The notes under the pieces were generated by a model, which saw nothing but the letters and a program-made list of their open reading frames with translations, ran no database searches and was not told the DNA's origin. Of a stretch of 64,000 nt of DNA, positions 28,993 through 42,900 are shown in pieces. Each line of letters starts with the position of its first letter. The stretch's first letter is position 1. The translations under genes were made by a program, and so were the position numbers. The DNA comes from Camelus dromedarius. Lineage: Eukaryota. The stretch spans positions 80,540,001 through 80,604,000 of the forward strand of contig NC_087437.1 of the NCBI RefSeq assembly GCF_036321535.1, written 5' to 3'.

Positions 28993-30396
28993 CTTCAAAA
29001 AGGGGAGATGAGAAAACAGATCACCAATTACAATAGCCTAGGGTGGAGTAAAAGGAAAGACATCACATTTCCTTTTTGTTAACCTTATCAAAGCTCAAAG
29101 TCACGAAGAGAAAGCAAAGAGCCAGAGCACAGTAACATCTCTTCCATACCTGGACAATCTACTCAAACCCAACTCCAGGCTTCCGTGGAGGACAGGGTGG
29201 AGAGGTCATGGTGAAAAGGGTGCATAACCATGGTGCAGAGGATCTCAGAACACCTCAGCTGCACCAGCCCTCCCTGCAGTTTTGGGTTGGGTCCCGCAAG
29301 CCCCCTGTTCCCTCACTCCTGTGCTCTTCTGGTCTAATCCATCCCCAGGCCCCACGTCCCATACCACAAGGACCATGACGATCCTTCCTCACCCCAGCTT
29401 CATAAGGGGGACAAGGCTAAGCAATTTCAACACGCTTTCCACCCTCAGAATCCCCACAGCACTCACTTTTTCCTCTTCTCAGCTGATCTTTACATTTGTG
29501 GGTATTTCTTGTCTCTACAACTATACTATACCAATTAAGACTATATTAAAAAAAAAACAACAACAGAAACTATAGATCTGAGAAAAGCAACTTAATTGTA
29601 ATAATATATCATACTTTTTAATCCCCTCTCAGTACCTAGCTCTTTACATGATATATGCTGATTCAACAATCCACACAACCAGTAATTATGGAGGCCTCCT
29701 CTATACCAGGTGCTGTACTAAGTGCAAAGCTCACACTCCTATGAGGCAAGAGGCATTTCCCTCCTAAATTAAAGAGGAATACCTCCCCCACTCCTGGTCA
29801 CCTCCACAGGGATGCCAGGTAGTGTGACAGACTGCACTCAACCATCTCATGGCCCCCCAACGCTGCCCTTCTCCAACACCCAGGTACCTACCCACCCTGA
29901 AGTGCCTGTAAATTCTAGGAAGGGAATGGTTGTGAAATAGAGGAAATAATTCTGCCACCAAGTCCCCAGCTGTTCCTCTGTAGAAACCTTTCTCAAGGAG
30001 TTGGCCACAAGAACCACAGGTTTCCCTGATGGCCAGAGAGAGAAGACCGAAGATGAAACTCCACAGGAATTCGGTTGCACCATGGTAGGCATGGTCTACG
30101 TACTGTGTGAAGGCCAGCAATTCAGAAGACATCAGCGTGGGCAGAGCCGGTCAGCAGCAGCAGAGCAACGGGCAGTGGTGCAGATGGATGGCAGGGCAGC
30201 AGACCCCACAGCTACAGGAATGATAGGGCTATAGCACGAATGCAAATATGCAAGAAGCCCCTCACAGTCAGGGACTTCTACTGAAAATTGTTACAGAGGG
30301 TCATGTCTCAGAAAAGATCTGACTTCCTGCTACAAACTAGTAGAACACTGAGATTAGAAAGACCCAACTATATGACCTGCCGTGTACTAGACAGAC

Positions 30397-30515
30397 CTAT
30401 CTTTGAAAAGACATATACTAAAATGCAGGTACTTGTCACCTCTGGGCAGGTTTTGTTTTTCTCCTTCATCTTCACCAGGAAATAAAAATCACAAATTTAA
30501 GGATAAAGCCAGTTT
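30397..30515 (-). other. NXPE3: Candidate NXPE3 non-coding 5'UTR exon
   Basis: Acceptor ttattacttttag|AAAC and weak donor TAG|gtctgt. Splice-signal inference only. Confidence 0.3.
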
Positions 30516-33289
30516 CTAAAAGTAATAATTAAAGACGAGCCATAAACAGAAATCATGTTCCCATCGGGCATGGGAAAACAATTTAAAATGAAATCTTTAA
30601 AACGAAAGATTTCAAACTGAAAAAAGAAATCTGTAACAGATTTCTGATTTTTTTCCTACAAATATAAAACCTAGGCATTATAACAAGAAGTCTACTTGCA
30701 AGGAGAGCAGAGAATAACACTGGGTATCTCAAAATGCCACGGAACTGAGTGAGAACAATAGTGCTAGATACAAACAACTCCAAAACAAGTTTCCTAGATC
30801 AACCAAAAAATAAAAATATGTAATTGAATTTGATTTACCTTTTTTTAAAAAGAGTCCAGTTCCCAAGATGTTTATTAGAACTAAAAAATTCGAGTTTACT
30901 TTCCTTCCAGTGCAAAGTCTGAATTCAAGCAATCATGATAGCCCTTATTCTTTTCTCGTCACATTTGAAGCAGCACATGTTGATGTTTTTCATTTTTATA
31001 CCATTCTTCCTGCTGCAACAGAGGTAAGCACATGAAATACAAGTTAAAGATACAGAAAATGAAGTAAAGGAAAATACATTTGAAACCAAGAGTACAATTT
31101 TATAGCAAAGAGATGTACATAGATTTCAGTACAAAGTAGTGAGAGGAGTGAGGATAGGAACATTTCCTTTCCTAGTAACAAAAAACAGTAGCTAGTTATT
31201 TATATTCATGAACTTAAACATAGCAAATCACTCTAAGATCTCAGCTGAAAGGTCAAAAGCCTTATAAATAGCAGTATGACTGTGAAAAAAATAAACCAAA
31301 TATAAAAGTTCCATATGTTACTTTTCTTATAGACTAGAATAATCATGTAGTTCAATGATCCACCCTACTCCTAGAGGAAACAAGAGGTACCCAGATACAC
31401 CTAAAAGTTACAATCAATCCGTGAGGAATCTCAACTTCAACAGTCTTGTTTTCAAATCTTTCTTAAGTGTTAGTACACCACTCACTCTTGCTTCATATAT
31501 ATGCTCAAAGGGCAAGGAAAAATTAGAATCTGTAGTCTTTTGGGTTTGTTTTGCCAGATTTTGGCTAAGACTATTTAACAGCCAATCTAAATTCTTTATA
31601 GTCTGTGGTGACAACCCTAAACTACTATTAGGTACCTGACTTCTTACCCCCATCTCACAAGAGAATTACAAAGTGATTGCTCACATCACTTGGAATTATA
31701 ATTGTCAGTACACAAATGAAATACTTGAGTTTGGTACTAAAAAGGAAAACAGGCAGCAACCCCACTCTCTGGGGGGCTAATAGTCTTAGAAAACCATTTC
31801 ACAAAAACAATACACTATTGAACAACCACACATCCAGTTTGTGGGACAGTCCCCATCCAAAATACTCTGACTTGCTATCCACATAAATATAATTGTACTT
31901 GTCAGAGAAAGTATCTGGAATTTTAGTTCAGAATACAAAGACCCCTACATCAAAGACAAAAGCACAGATTTATATGGAATATACCCAAACTTAAATGCTC
32001 CTATCTCAAACTTTCCAAAGAGCAGCTGTATTTCATAGGGTGCTAAGACTTTGAAACTTAACAAGGCAACATCTAGGGAAAGAGCTGGAGACTCATCCAA
32101 GACCATGACAATGATGGGTTAACTAAATAAGAGCAATCCTTATACAAAGTTGAAGCAGGGACAAAAGTCTGCACAGGGACTGAAGTCTGCAGGACTGTTT
32201 CCCCAGATTCTATTCCATTTCTCTTTCATGTACCCCCACCTCACATGCCCAAAATGCTGACTCATCTAGGCCTTCGCTTCTCCTTCTTTTAAAGTAGCAC
32301 CCCATGCTTTCATAATGCCAGGGGAGGGGAAGGAGTAGGGTAGAGAAGTAAACAAATCAGTTAAATGAGTCACAAAGCAGTAAGTGCTTTAAGAAAAAAA
32401 TTGGGCATGGAGATAGGCATGATCTTTAACCTTACATGCACATTAGTATCGTCCCAGAAGCCTATAAATATTCCACTGCTTGGACTACACTCAACCAACT
32501 GGACCAGAATCTAGGGCAACAGGGGCCAAGAAGCAGCTTTTTTTTTAAGGTCTATAGATGATAATATACAGCCATGTAGGAGAACCACGGGTACAGAGTG
32601 GCCAGAGGGTGTTATTTGTATAAATAGGCCAGGGATGGTCTCTCTGAGAGGATGTTTAGAATTGTAACTTACATTGTCCCTCCAGGACAATCCGATTCTG
32701 GGACAACGGGGACAGCCAACCCTACTTCAGTGATCTATCCCTCTGTTTCCTTTCTCAGTAACAAATAACAGCACTGTTATCAGGCCCAAAGAGATTGTGA
32801 GGATAACAGACACAGAGAGAAGATATTAAACACAGTCAAAAGAAAGCAGAACCCAAACACAATGGAAGAAGTGTGCTGCCCCCTCCGCTGCGTGGATTGA
32901 GACTATTAATTATCAGGGTCTGGGAGTGCCGCCAGCTTCAAGGACACCCTGATGTTCCAAATGATAATTAACCACAGCGAGGAGAGGGGAGGCCCATCAG
33001 AGCAGCGTGATACTTTATCTATCGGAAATGTGGCAACGGTCCTTCTTTACAGCAAATAATGAAAAACAAGAAAAATTGTACAGACAGACAATTACACATT
33101 TTGTATAAATCCTGCCTGAGAACCCCTGTTACCATAAGCTTAGTGGTCTCTGATCAAGTAGAGATGAGCGGCAGGCCAGGCAAGGTCTCCACATCACTCC
33201 TTGTAAAGTCACACTCGTTTCTCCCCATTCGACCTGAATCTGATGTCCCAAAACTACATCTCCGTGAGACCACAACAGTTCAACTTGTG

Positions 33290-34150
33290 AGAGGACCGCC
33301 ACCCTAGAGGCGGCTGGGGCCCGGAGAGCGATGAGACTGGGAATGAGGTCTGAGGAGGGAGGCGTTGCCAAGTGCCCCGCAGACGGTTAGAAAAGGTGTG
33401 TGGGGGGAGGGGTCTTTAGCTGCCCCGAGGTCCTGGCTCTACCGCGTTGCGACTGCACCTGCGGCGTTGCAAGTCGAGAAAACTGAGGATGGAGATGCTC
33501 GCGCCCAGCCCCGCCCCCTCCCTGCCGGGACCAGCAGCGGCTCGGGGACTCCGGTCCTAGGCAGTCGTGGACTCCAACTCTGCCCTGCCTTGGGCCGGAG
33601 CCTCCTGTTCCAGACTCGGGTGGCCCCTGTCATTGCCCCCTGGAGCTGCAGCTCCCCAGCACCGGGCCGGGGCCTCGGGAGCCGGCGCGCAGAGAAAGGG
33701 GCTTTGCAGCCGAGAAGGGCGCGCGAGGAGCAATGGTTCGCTCGGGCGGAAGGAGCTGGGCCCGGGGCCCGCGCACACCCACCGGCCCGCACTCACCTCC
33801 AGGTCTCGCCTCCCGCCGCGCGCTCTCCCGCGGCCGAAGCCCAGGACTTCCTGGCCCGAAACCACTGACCGGGCCGCCAGGCGGGGCTGTCTGGTCCCGC
33901 TGCGTCGCCTCACCCTGGACCCCCGGCTACGATTGGTTGAGCTGTGGGAGGGGCGGGCCGAGGACGCTGACTGACAGCCGCAGGCGCCGAGCGCTGAGCG
34001 TCAAGCCCCAAGTCGAGGACGCTGAGTTGGCGCCCCTCGGCTCCGCGCTGTGTGGCTCCTGCGTGCGAAGGGATCGTGCAGCTGTCACCCTGTGGACTGA
34101 ACTCTGGCCCCCATCGGGAGCCGACTCCTGTCGCCTTCGGACATCAGGGT
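33290..34150 (-). promoter_or_regulatory. CpG island promoter of NXPE3
   Basis: Very GC- and CpG-rich. CCAAT on the minus strand (ATTGG 33932-33936), GC box GGGGCGGG 33950-33957, ETS-like CAGGAAGT near 33845-33852. Confidence 0.85.
33797..33880 (-). other. NXPE3: NXPE3 non-coding exon 1 (start approximate)
   Basis: Consensus donor GAG|gtgagt at 33797/33796 inside the CpG island. Confidence 0.7.
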
Positions 34151-35977
34151 CTCCCCAGGGAGCATCTGTTTCAGAGCTTTTTTCATCTCAGCGAAAGTAA
34201 GCAAACTGGAGGATTCCCCAATTTGGGCCGTCTTTCCTCCCAGTGGAGGAATGTATTGTTCGCTGTACCGGAAAAACATGATTTGCCAAACTCGAGCACC
34301 TAGCAGGCAGGTCCTTGAATCTTTCCTTACTTGAAATTAGTCGATTTATTCTGTTGGTCCTTAAAACAACCCCGTTCCTTTTACCGTCCCTGTTCCTGAC
34401 ATGAGTCTTCGAGCCTGAATACTTTCCCTCCCCTCCCCTCGCCCCCAAATTCTGTGTAATGCTATTGGACATTCTTCTTAGTGGTCCGGAGCAGCTGTGT
34501 GAAATTCAGGAACTGAGAGGAGTCCTTCAAAGACAGAAGCCCTTGTTCAGGAAACCAGAAGGGAAGGCAGGGCTGCTCTGTGTTCCCCAGCGCTGGGAGC
34601 ATGGTGGAGTTAATCGAATTTATCCCAGCAAAACGTAGGCTCCAAAAGTAGACTGCCCCAGACTATTATCTTAAGGTTGAAGAAGAATAATGAATATAAA
34701 TTACAACTAACATTAATTATTTTTACATTTATTGACCACAATGGACTCTACGTTCTCATTCCGAAGTTTTCATGGTAGGACATGCATAAGTGACCTGTGG
34801 AATACAAGGAGGTTCTACATAAGGCAGTCTTTTCTGGAATATTGTTTCATTCTTTCTAAAGGATCAGCCTTTTGTACTAATACGAAGTGGTTTCCATTGC
34901 CTCTGTGCCCATATGATAGCTTGCTGTTCTGTTTAAGTCTTATCTTCCAGTAGATGGACTCCCTCCCTCTTGTCTTTCAGTTTGGCTGTCTGGCACATGG
35001 CAAGTACTTAAGACATAATTATTTCTAGCCATGGTTTTGGACCACATTAGTGATCCTTATTCACCCTCATTCACACAGGTATTCAGAACCCTCTGGCTTT
35101 TGAGTGATCTTATTTATATTTTACAGTCATTATAGACACAAGAGTGGCTGGGTCTAGAAATGGCTGTTCATCACTAACAGCTTCTTAAAAGATCTCTGAC
35201 TACAAAGTCACCACACTCCCACTGCAGAAATACTGTACAAAGAATATTCGCATTGGATCCTAGCCTGACTGAGTCTAATCCACAGCTTTGTCTCTTGCTA
35301 GCAGTGCCATCCTAGGCAAATTATTTAACTTCTCTGAGCTCATTTCCTCAACTGTAAATTAGGGGCAACATTACCTGCTCTTGGGAATAAATGAGAAGAC
35401 AAGTGAAAAGCATCTAGTACACGGCCCAAATCTCTTCCTCTTGAATTCTCTATCTCAGATTATGACATAGCATAAGGAATTTCTAAATGTGTCATTTATG
35501 ATAACCTACTTTTGAGCTGGAAAAAAAATAAGAACATAAGGTTTGTAATATTATGATATGAAACAAAAAGAACTGGTCATTTTTGACCTGTCTGCAGAAA
35601 TAGTTTAGGTGCTTATGTTACTAAACTTCATTTCACTAAGCAAAACAAAGAATGGCTCCTAAGGTTAGATAAACAAAAGCAAATTATGCTTGTTTCTGAT
35701 GTCGCTAACTTGGGGGATATTCACCAGCAAATGTGGCTCCGTATCTGATGGCAGAAGCTTGGGGCATGAGCACTCCTGAGCCCACAGCTGCTGATTAAGA
35801 TCCTTGGCTTCCTCCTTTTGAATACATGACTGAAACTTGGGCCCCAAGAACTAGCAAGCCATGGTTCAAAATAAGTGACTGCTGTCACATTAGATGCGAA
35901 CCACCCTATTCCAAATACACCACGGACCGTGAGAGGATGCTGCCAAGGGCGGGAGACTAAAAGAGCTATTTGGTGCC

Positions 35978-36648
35978 TGTACTGGTCTGCTCAGGCTTCC
36001 ATGATAAAATGCCATAGGCTGGGTGACTTAAACAACAGAAATTAATTTTCTCACAGTTCTGGAGGCTGTAAGACCCAGTTCAGCCTGCCAGCTGATTCAG
36101 TTCCTGGCAAGAGTTTTCTTCCTGGCTTGTAGATACACACCTTCTCACTGTGTCCTACGTGACAGAGAGAGAAAGAGAACTCTCAAGTGTCTCCTCCTTC
36201 TCTTATAAAGACACCAATCTCATCAGATTAGTGTCTTTGACTCCCACGACCCACCCTTATGACCTTATTTAAACTTAATTGCCTCTTGTTGGGAAGGGCA
36301 GTCTTTCATGCATGAGTCCTTGGCCTGGAACACTTCCTTATCCAGAGATAAAAACTCTTGGCTTGTGCTGAGCTTGTAGCCTTGTGTGGGAATATCTTTC
36401 CCTGTCTCAGACTCAGAGTGCATTCCTTTGTTCCACTCTGCCCAGAATTCCTTCACCCCTTCCACCGTGTGATGACACAGTGAGAAAATGACCATCTAGG
36501 GAACAGGAAGCTAGCCCTCACTGGACATCAAATCTCCTGGTGCCTTGTTCTTGGATTTCCAGCCCCCAGAACTGTGAAAAATAAATTCTGCTGTTTATAA
36601 GCCACCCAGTCTATGGTATTGTTATAGCAGCCCAAATGGACTAAGACA
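35978..36648. mobile_element. Two partial MLT1A-like LTRs in opposite orientation
   Basis: 35978-36285 reads like the 44640 element. About 36470-36648 reads as an MLT1 3' end on + (aataaattctgctgtttataagccacccagt...gactaagaca). Confidence 0.65.
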
Positions 36649-37186
36649 CTTATACAATCCAGTCAAAACTGTTTTCCAAAGTTAATTAGGTCATTCTGTT
36701 TTTCGTATCCCTATTCAGTGAGTTTATGTCATTCATCTGTAATACAGTTAGATTCCTTTGTCATATTCCATATTCCATCCTAAGATCCCCTAACATCCTA
36801 GCTGAGATTTAGGGGTAAAATTTGCATACAGTCAAATTTGAGTGTTCGTGTACTGTTCTATAGCTTTTGACAAATACCTAGAATCATGTATCTACAACTG
36901 CGGTATCATACAGAATGGATACATTACCCAAAAATTCCCACAAGCAGCTCTCAGCTACTACTAGTCCTGTTTTCTCTCCCTATAGTGCTGCCTTTTCCAG
37001 AATGTCATATACATGGAGTCATTCAACACGTACTACCAAGATTTTGATTATCAGAAAGTTTGGAAACCATTAGTCTTGCTAATTCAGATACTTCCTAAAA
37101 CAAGTACCAGTATCCACCTGATGACCAAATCGGGAGTCAGCTTCAACTGAGTACATTTTAAAGGACATACCCTCTCAGCTCTGTAT

Positions 37187-37663
37187 GTTATTGTTGGGCC
37201 AGTTGATGTCCTTCAAAGTCCAATGACCTCCATTTATGGGTTCTCAGATGTCTGCCTTCGATCCCTCAACAGATAAAGTACATTCTTTACTGTGCATGTT
37301 TCCCATAACAAACTAATAGCCCTAGGTAATGCCTAATCTCATAATTGCTGAGGCTGTTTTGTTTCAGCCCACCTTATGAGAGTCAAACCCCACTGCCCTT
37401 CACAGACCCTAAACCTCTTACCTCACCTACAACCAATTGGAGACTTGCACACAAGCCAATGAGGCACCTTGTGACCTGACATTATAAAAGACCCCAACAA
37501 CCTGCCCTCTGTGCTCTCACACAGGTGCCCCTCGTCTGTATGGCCTGCTGCTGTCTATGGCAGTGTACGCCTAGTAAACTCTTCTATTCTCATACTTTAT
37601 CTTTGGTAAATTCTTTTACCAACCTGCATGTCACCATGTCACTGACCGGCTGATGCCCACAAC
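37187..37663 (+). mobile_element. Probable ERV solo LTR
   Basis: CCAAT boxes, TATAAAA (~37484), AGTAAA, LTR-like 3' end (ggtaaattcttttacc...cccacaac). Start approximate. Confidence 0.5.
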
Positions 37664-40600
37664 GATTATCTAAATTTGGAAGAATCTTTTTTGAAGGGCA
37701 AACAGATTTTCTTTTCCTTTAAATATACGTGAGAATGTGCACAAAAAACTTTGTCATTCTGCTGACTTGCTTTCAATCCTCTCTCCAGAGCATGCACTGC
37801 CATCCTCACCAATTTGAGTTGTTTGTTTCTAAATCAGTTTAGGCCACTTAAAATTTGTTGGAACTATATGATCTAGCTATTATATGAACCTTTGATCAAG
37901 TGTAAAACGAGAAAATATTCTTGGAAAACAAATAGTTGAGTGATTTGGAAAGACTCAAAATTGAACTGCATAAAGGAGTAAAACAAAAAACTGCTACTGA
38001 GTTAGAGATGGACAAGAAAATTATCAAAGGTCAGAGGGAGAAATTATAAAAATCCAGAAGTACTCTCCATTTGGGTGGTTTTACATGTGCTTTTAAGCTC
38101 TGTTTCAGAGAAATAAAAACTGAAATGGTGCATTATAGGTAGAATTTATACACAAAAGCCACCAAACCCCAGAACATCTATACTCAAAGAACACAATGTT
38201 GAAAAAGAACACTGAAGGACTTCAATTACCTTATTTCAAGATTTAGTGTAAAGCTACAGTAATCAATATAGTGTAGTGTACATATACATTTACAATATAA
38301 ATGACTACATCACTGGAACAGAATAGAATCCAGTTATACTTTAAAAAAAAAAAAAACCTCATAGAAAAAGCAATCAGATTTGTGGTTACTACCAGAGTCG
38401 GGGGGTGAGGGGAGTGGGGATTGGATGAAAGCAGCCAAAAAGTACAAACTTCCAGTTATAAAATAAATAAGTACTAGGGATCTAATGTACATGATAAATA
38501 TAATTAAGATTGCTTTATATTATATACAGAAGTTGTTAAGAGAGTAAATCTGAACAGTTCTCATAACAAGAAAAAACTTTTTCATTAACTTTGTATCTAT
38601 ATGAGAAGGATATTCATCAAATTTACTGTGCTAATCATTTCATGATATATGTTAAGTCAAATCCTTATGCTGTGCATCTTAAATTTATACCAAGTTGTAT
38701 GTCAATTAAATCTCAATAAAACTGTGAAAGAAAAATAAAGAATTTTCTGGGAAAACAAAGGTGAGGGTGTTTATCACTAGACCTACCTTATCAGGAATAA
38801 TAAAGGGTGTTCTTCAAGCAGAAATAAAAGGATGATATTAACATCATAAAAACATAAATGTATAAAACTCACTGATAATGCTAAATATATAGTCAAAGTA
38901 AGATTTTCTAGTATTTCAATGTTGGTGCATAATTCGCTTATAACTGTACTTTAAAAGTTAAAAAGGAAATGCATTAAAAATTACCATAATGACAAAACAA
39001 AAAGACAACCTATTGAATGGGAGAAAATATTTGCAAATGGTAAAGGATTACTATCCAACAAACATAAACAGCTCATACAACTCAACATCAAAAAAACCCA
39101 CAAAAACCCAATTTAAAAATGGGTGGAAGTATAAATAGACATTTTTCCAAGGAGGAAATGCAGATGGCAAACAGGCACATGAAGAGATACTCAATGTCGC
39201 TAATCATCAGGGAAATGCAAATCAAAACCACAATGAGTAATCACCTCACACCTGTCAGAACAGCTACCATCAAAAAGAACACAAATAACAAATGTTGGCA
39301 AGATGTGGAGAAAATGGAACCCTTGTACAGTGTTGGCGGGAAGTAAATTAGGGCAGTCACTGCGGAAAATAATATGGAGGTTTATCAAAAAACTAAAATT
39401 ACAACTATCATATAACCCAGCAGTTCCATTCCTGGGTATATATCCAAAAAAAATCCAAAAACACTGATCTGAAAAAAGATAAATGCACCCTCATGTTCAT
39501 AACAGCATTATTTACAATTGCCAAGATATGGAAGCAACCTGAGTGTCCACCAACACGTGAATGGATAAAGAAGATGTGGTATATTTATACAATGGAATAC
39601 TACTCAACCAATTAAAAAAAAAACAAAATTTTTGCCATTTGCCAGCAACATGTATAGACTTGGAGGAGGGCATGATGCTAAGTGAAATAAGTCAGACAAA
39701 GAAAGACATACACTGTATGATATCACTTATATGTGGAATCTAAAAAGTACAACAAACTAGTGAATATAACAAAAAAGGAGCCAACTCACAGATATAGAGG
39801 ACAAACCAGCAGTTACCAGTGGAGAGAGGGAAGGGGAGAAGGGCAATATAGGGGTATGGGATTAAGAGGTATAAACTATTAGGTATAAAGTAAGTTACAA
39901 GGATATATTATACAACACAGGGACTACAGTAAATATTTTACAACTATAAATGGTATATAACCTTTAAAAATTGTGAATCACTATATTGTACACCTGTAAC
40001 TTATATTGTATATCAAGTATACTTCAAAAAAAATAAATAATTAAAAAAAATAAGAACATATCACTAAAAATTATGATGGTAATTCAATCCAGAAAAAAAT
40101 CATAACATTTAAAGTCTCAGAGTTAGAGAAAACTAAAAATTTAAATTTAAACCTATATGCATATTTTGTTACAGATAAGCATGATATGATGATCAACAAA
40201 ATATTTTTCAAGCATAAAATATATTATTCAAGGATAAATATCTCTGGGAGTATAGTAGAATAGAAATGAGTTAACAAAGAAAAAGGAACAATGGAAACTT
40301 TCTAAGTGTTAAGCTAGAGTTTATTAATGTATTTTAAATCAGCTATGGTGGTTATAAAATTATAGCATTTGATTTTTCATGAGACATTTAGAAGAATGTT
40401 GTAATTTCATTTTTAAATGTCAATTCTTACAGTGTGCCAGAAATTAAATCCTTTGTAACTAAAAAAACAAACAAACCAACAAAAAAACTCCATAATTACC
40501 AAAATTTCTTATTAGATACATAGGATAAAAATATAACATCAATAACCTAGAATGTGAGGTCACCCAAAAGTATAAAATTTCTAATATGCTATCAAAGTGA

Positions 40601-42409
40601 TTGTCAGCTTACAATAGAATGTTATAAATATAAGACACTTTATGTAAGCTTCACGGTAATCACAAAGAAAAACACCTGTAATAAATACACAAAAGACTAG
40701 GATAAAGGAGTCAAAGCATACCACCACAAAAAGTTATCAAATCACAAAAGAAGACAGCAAGAGAGGAAGCAAGGAAAAAAGCATCTATAAAACAGTCAGA
40801 AAACAATTAACAAAATGGCAAAAAGCCTATCAATAATTACCTATATAATATAAATGGTTTGATTCCTTAATCAAAAGACAGAGAAAGGCTGAATGGATTA
40901 AAAAACAAGATTCAATGACATCCACCTACAAGGGACTCACTTTAAGTAGACACACAGACTGAGAATGAAGGAATGGAAAAAGATATTTCAAGCAAATAGT
41001 AACCAAAAGAAAGCATGAGCAGCTAAATTAGACAAAATAGACTTTAAGATAAAAATGTCAAAAGAGATAAAGGTCATTATATGATGATAAAGGGGTCAAT
41101 TTATCAAGAAGATAAAACAATTGTAAATATTTATGCATCCAACACCGTGGCACCTAAAAATATAAAGCAAATATTAACAGAACTAAAAAGGGAAATAAAG
41201 AGTGATATAATAATAGTTGGGGATTTTAAAATTCCACTCTCAACAATGGATAAATCATCTGCACAAAGAATCAATAAGGAAACTGCAGACTTGAACACTA
41301 TAGACCAGATAGATCTAATAGACATGTACAGAACATTCCATCCAACAGCAGCAGAACACACATTCTTCTCAAATGCAAATGGAACATTTTCTAGGATAGA
41401 GCATATGTTAGACCACAAAATAATTCTCAACAAATTAAAGATAGAAATTACATCAGGTATTTATTTTTCCAATCACAGTGAAATGAAACTAGAAGTCAAT
41501 AACAGAAGGAAAGCTGGAAAATTTACAAATATATAGAAATTAAACAACACTCTCCTGAAAAGGTATTTAAAAAAATATCTTGAGATAAATGAAAATGAAA
41601 AGACAAAAAACCAAAACTTATGGGATGCAGCAAAAGCCAATCCCCGAAGGAATTTTATAGTGACGAGTGCATACATCAAGAAAAAAGAAAGACCTCAAAC
41701 TACTTAACTTTACACATCAAGAAACTAGTAAAAGAAAAACTAAGCCCAAAGTTATCAAAAGACGGAAACAAGAAAGATGAGATCATAAATAAACAAAATA
41801 GAAAACAGGAAAACGATAGAAAAGATTAACAAAACTAAGAATTGGCTCTTTGGAAAGATAAACTAAATTGACAAAACTTTAGATAGATTACTCAAGAAAA
41901 GAGAAGATCTAAATAAATAAAATTTTAAGTGCTTTCACAAAGAGGACATATTACAGCTGATATCACACAAATATGAAGAATCATAGAGACTACTGTGAAC
42001 AATTAAATAGCAACAAATTAGACAGCCTAGGAGAAATGGAGAATTCCTAGAAACATACAATCAATTAGGAGTGACTGAGGAAGAAATCTGAGCAGATCAA
42101 TAATGAGTAGGAGGTTGAATTAAAAACCTCCCAACAAAGAAAAGTCCAGGACCAGATGGTTTCATTGGTGAATTCTACCAAACATTTAAAGAATTAATTC
42201 CAATCCTTCTCAAACTCTTCCAAAAAGTTGAAGAGGAAGGAACACTCCCAGTTTCACTTTATGAAGACAGCTTTATGCCAGTACCAAAGCCAGATAGAAA
42301 AGAAAAGCAATCCCTGATAAATATAGATGCAAATTTCTTGAACAAAATACTAGCAAACTAAATTCAAAAGTACAATAAAATGATCATACACCATGCAAGG
42401 ATGGTTCAA

Positions 42410-42900
42410 CATACACAAATACATATAATTTATATATAATATATAATGATAATCTATAACATACATATGTGTAAGACATTACAACTGTATATTGTATAAC
42501 ATGTATATTATATGATGTATAATTATATAATATGTATGCAAATATATAACATATATATGACACATCACATTTATATATACAGTTGACCCTTGGACAGCAC
42601 AGGTTTAAATTGCACAGGTCCACTTATGCAGAGTTTTTTTGATAAATACATACTGCAGTACTACACAATCCTCAGTTGGTTGAATGTGGAACTGTGGACA
42701 GAAAGGGCTGACTATAAAGTTATTCTTGGATTTTTACCTTCGTGGGGTGGGGTCAGCACCTCTAATCCCTGTGTTGCTCAAGGATCAACTATATATAATA
42801 ATTATGTATTATAAATATGGTACATAATAATTATATATAAATATATACAAATATACATATAATTTCATATATAATTTAAATTTATGTATGATTTAAAATA
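42410..42900. repeat. TA-rich low-complexity tracts flanking the Tigger2 MITE
   Basis: Degenerate (TA)n/ATATAT tracts at 42410-42579 and 42792-42900. Confidence 0.8.
42580..42791 (+). mobile_element. Tigger2-family MITE inside L1 ORF2
   Basis: Inverted repeats cagttgacccttggacagcac ... gtgttgctcaaggatcaacta in a TA-rich context. Confidence 0.8.

Noticed and set aside
29764..30234. Overlapping 77-122 aa ORFs in an NXPE3 5' intron
   Set aside because: No recognisable homology or coherent splice signals; probably an old repeat remnant or chance.
33365..34303. Several overlapping 100-167 aa ORFs on both strands
   Set aside because: Ala/Arg/Pro/Gly-rich products expected from stop-poor CpG-island DNA, several with non-ATG starts, and no recognisable domain.
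41081..41536. 151-aa endonuclease-like ORF
   Set aside because: Fragment of a decayed L1 ORF2 with surrounding stops and frameshifts; not a host gene.
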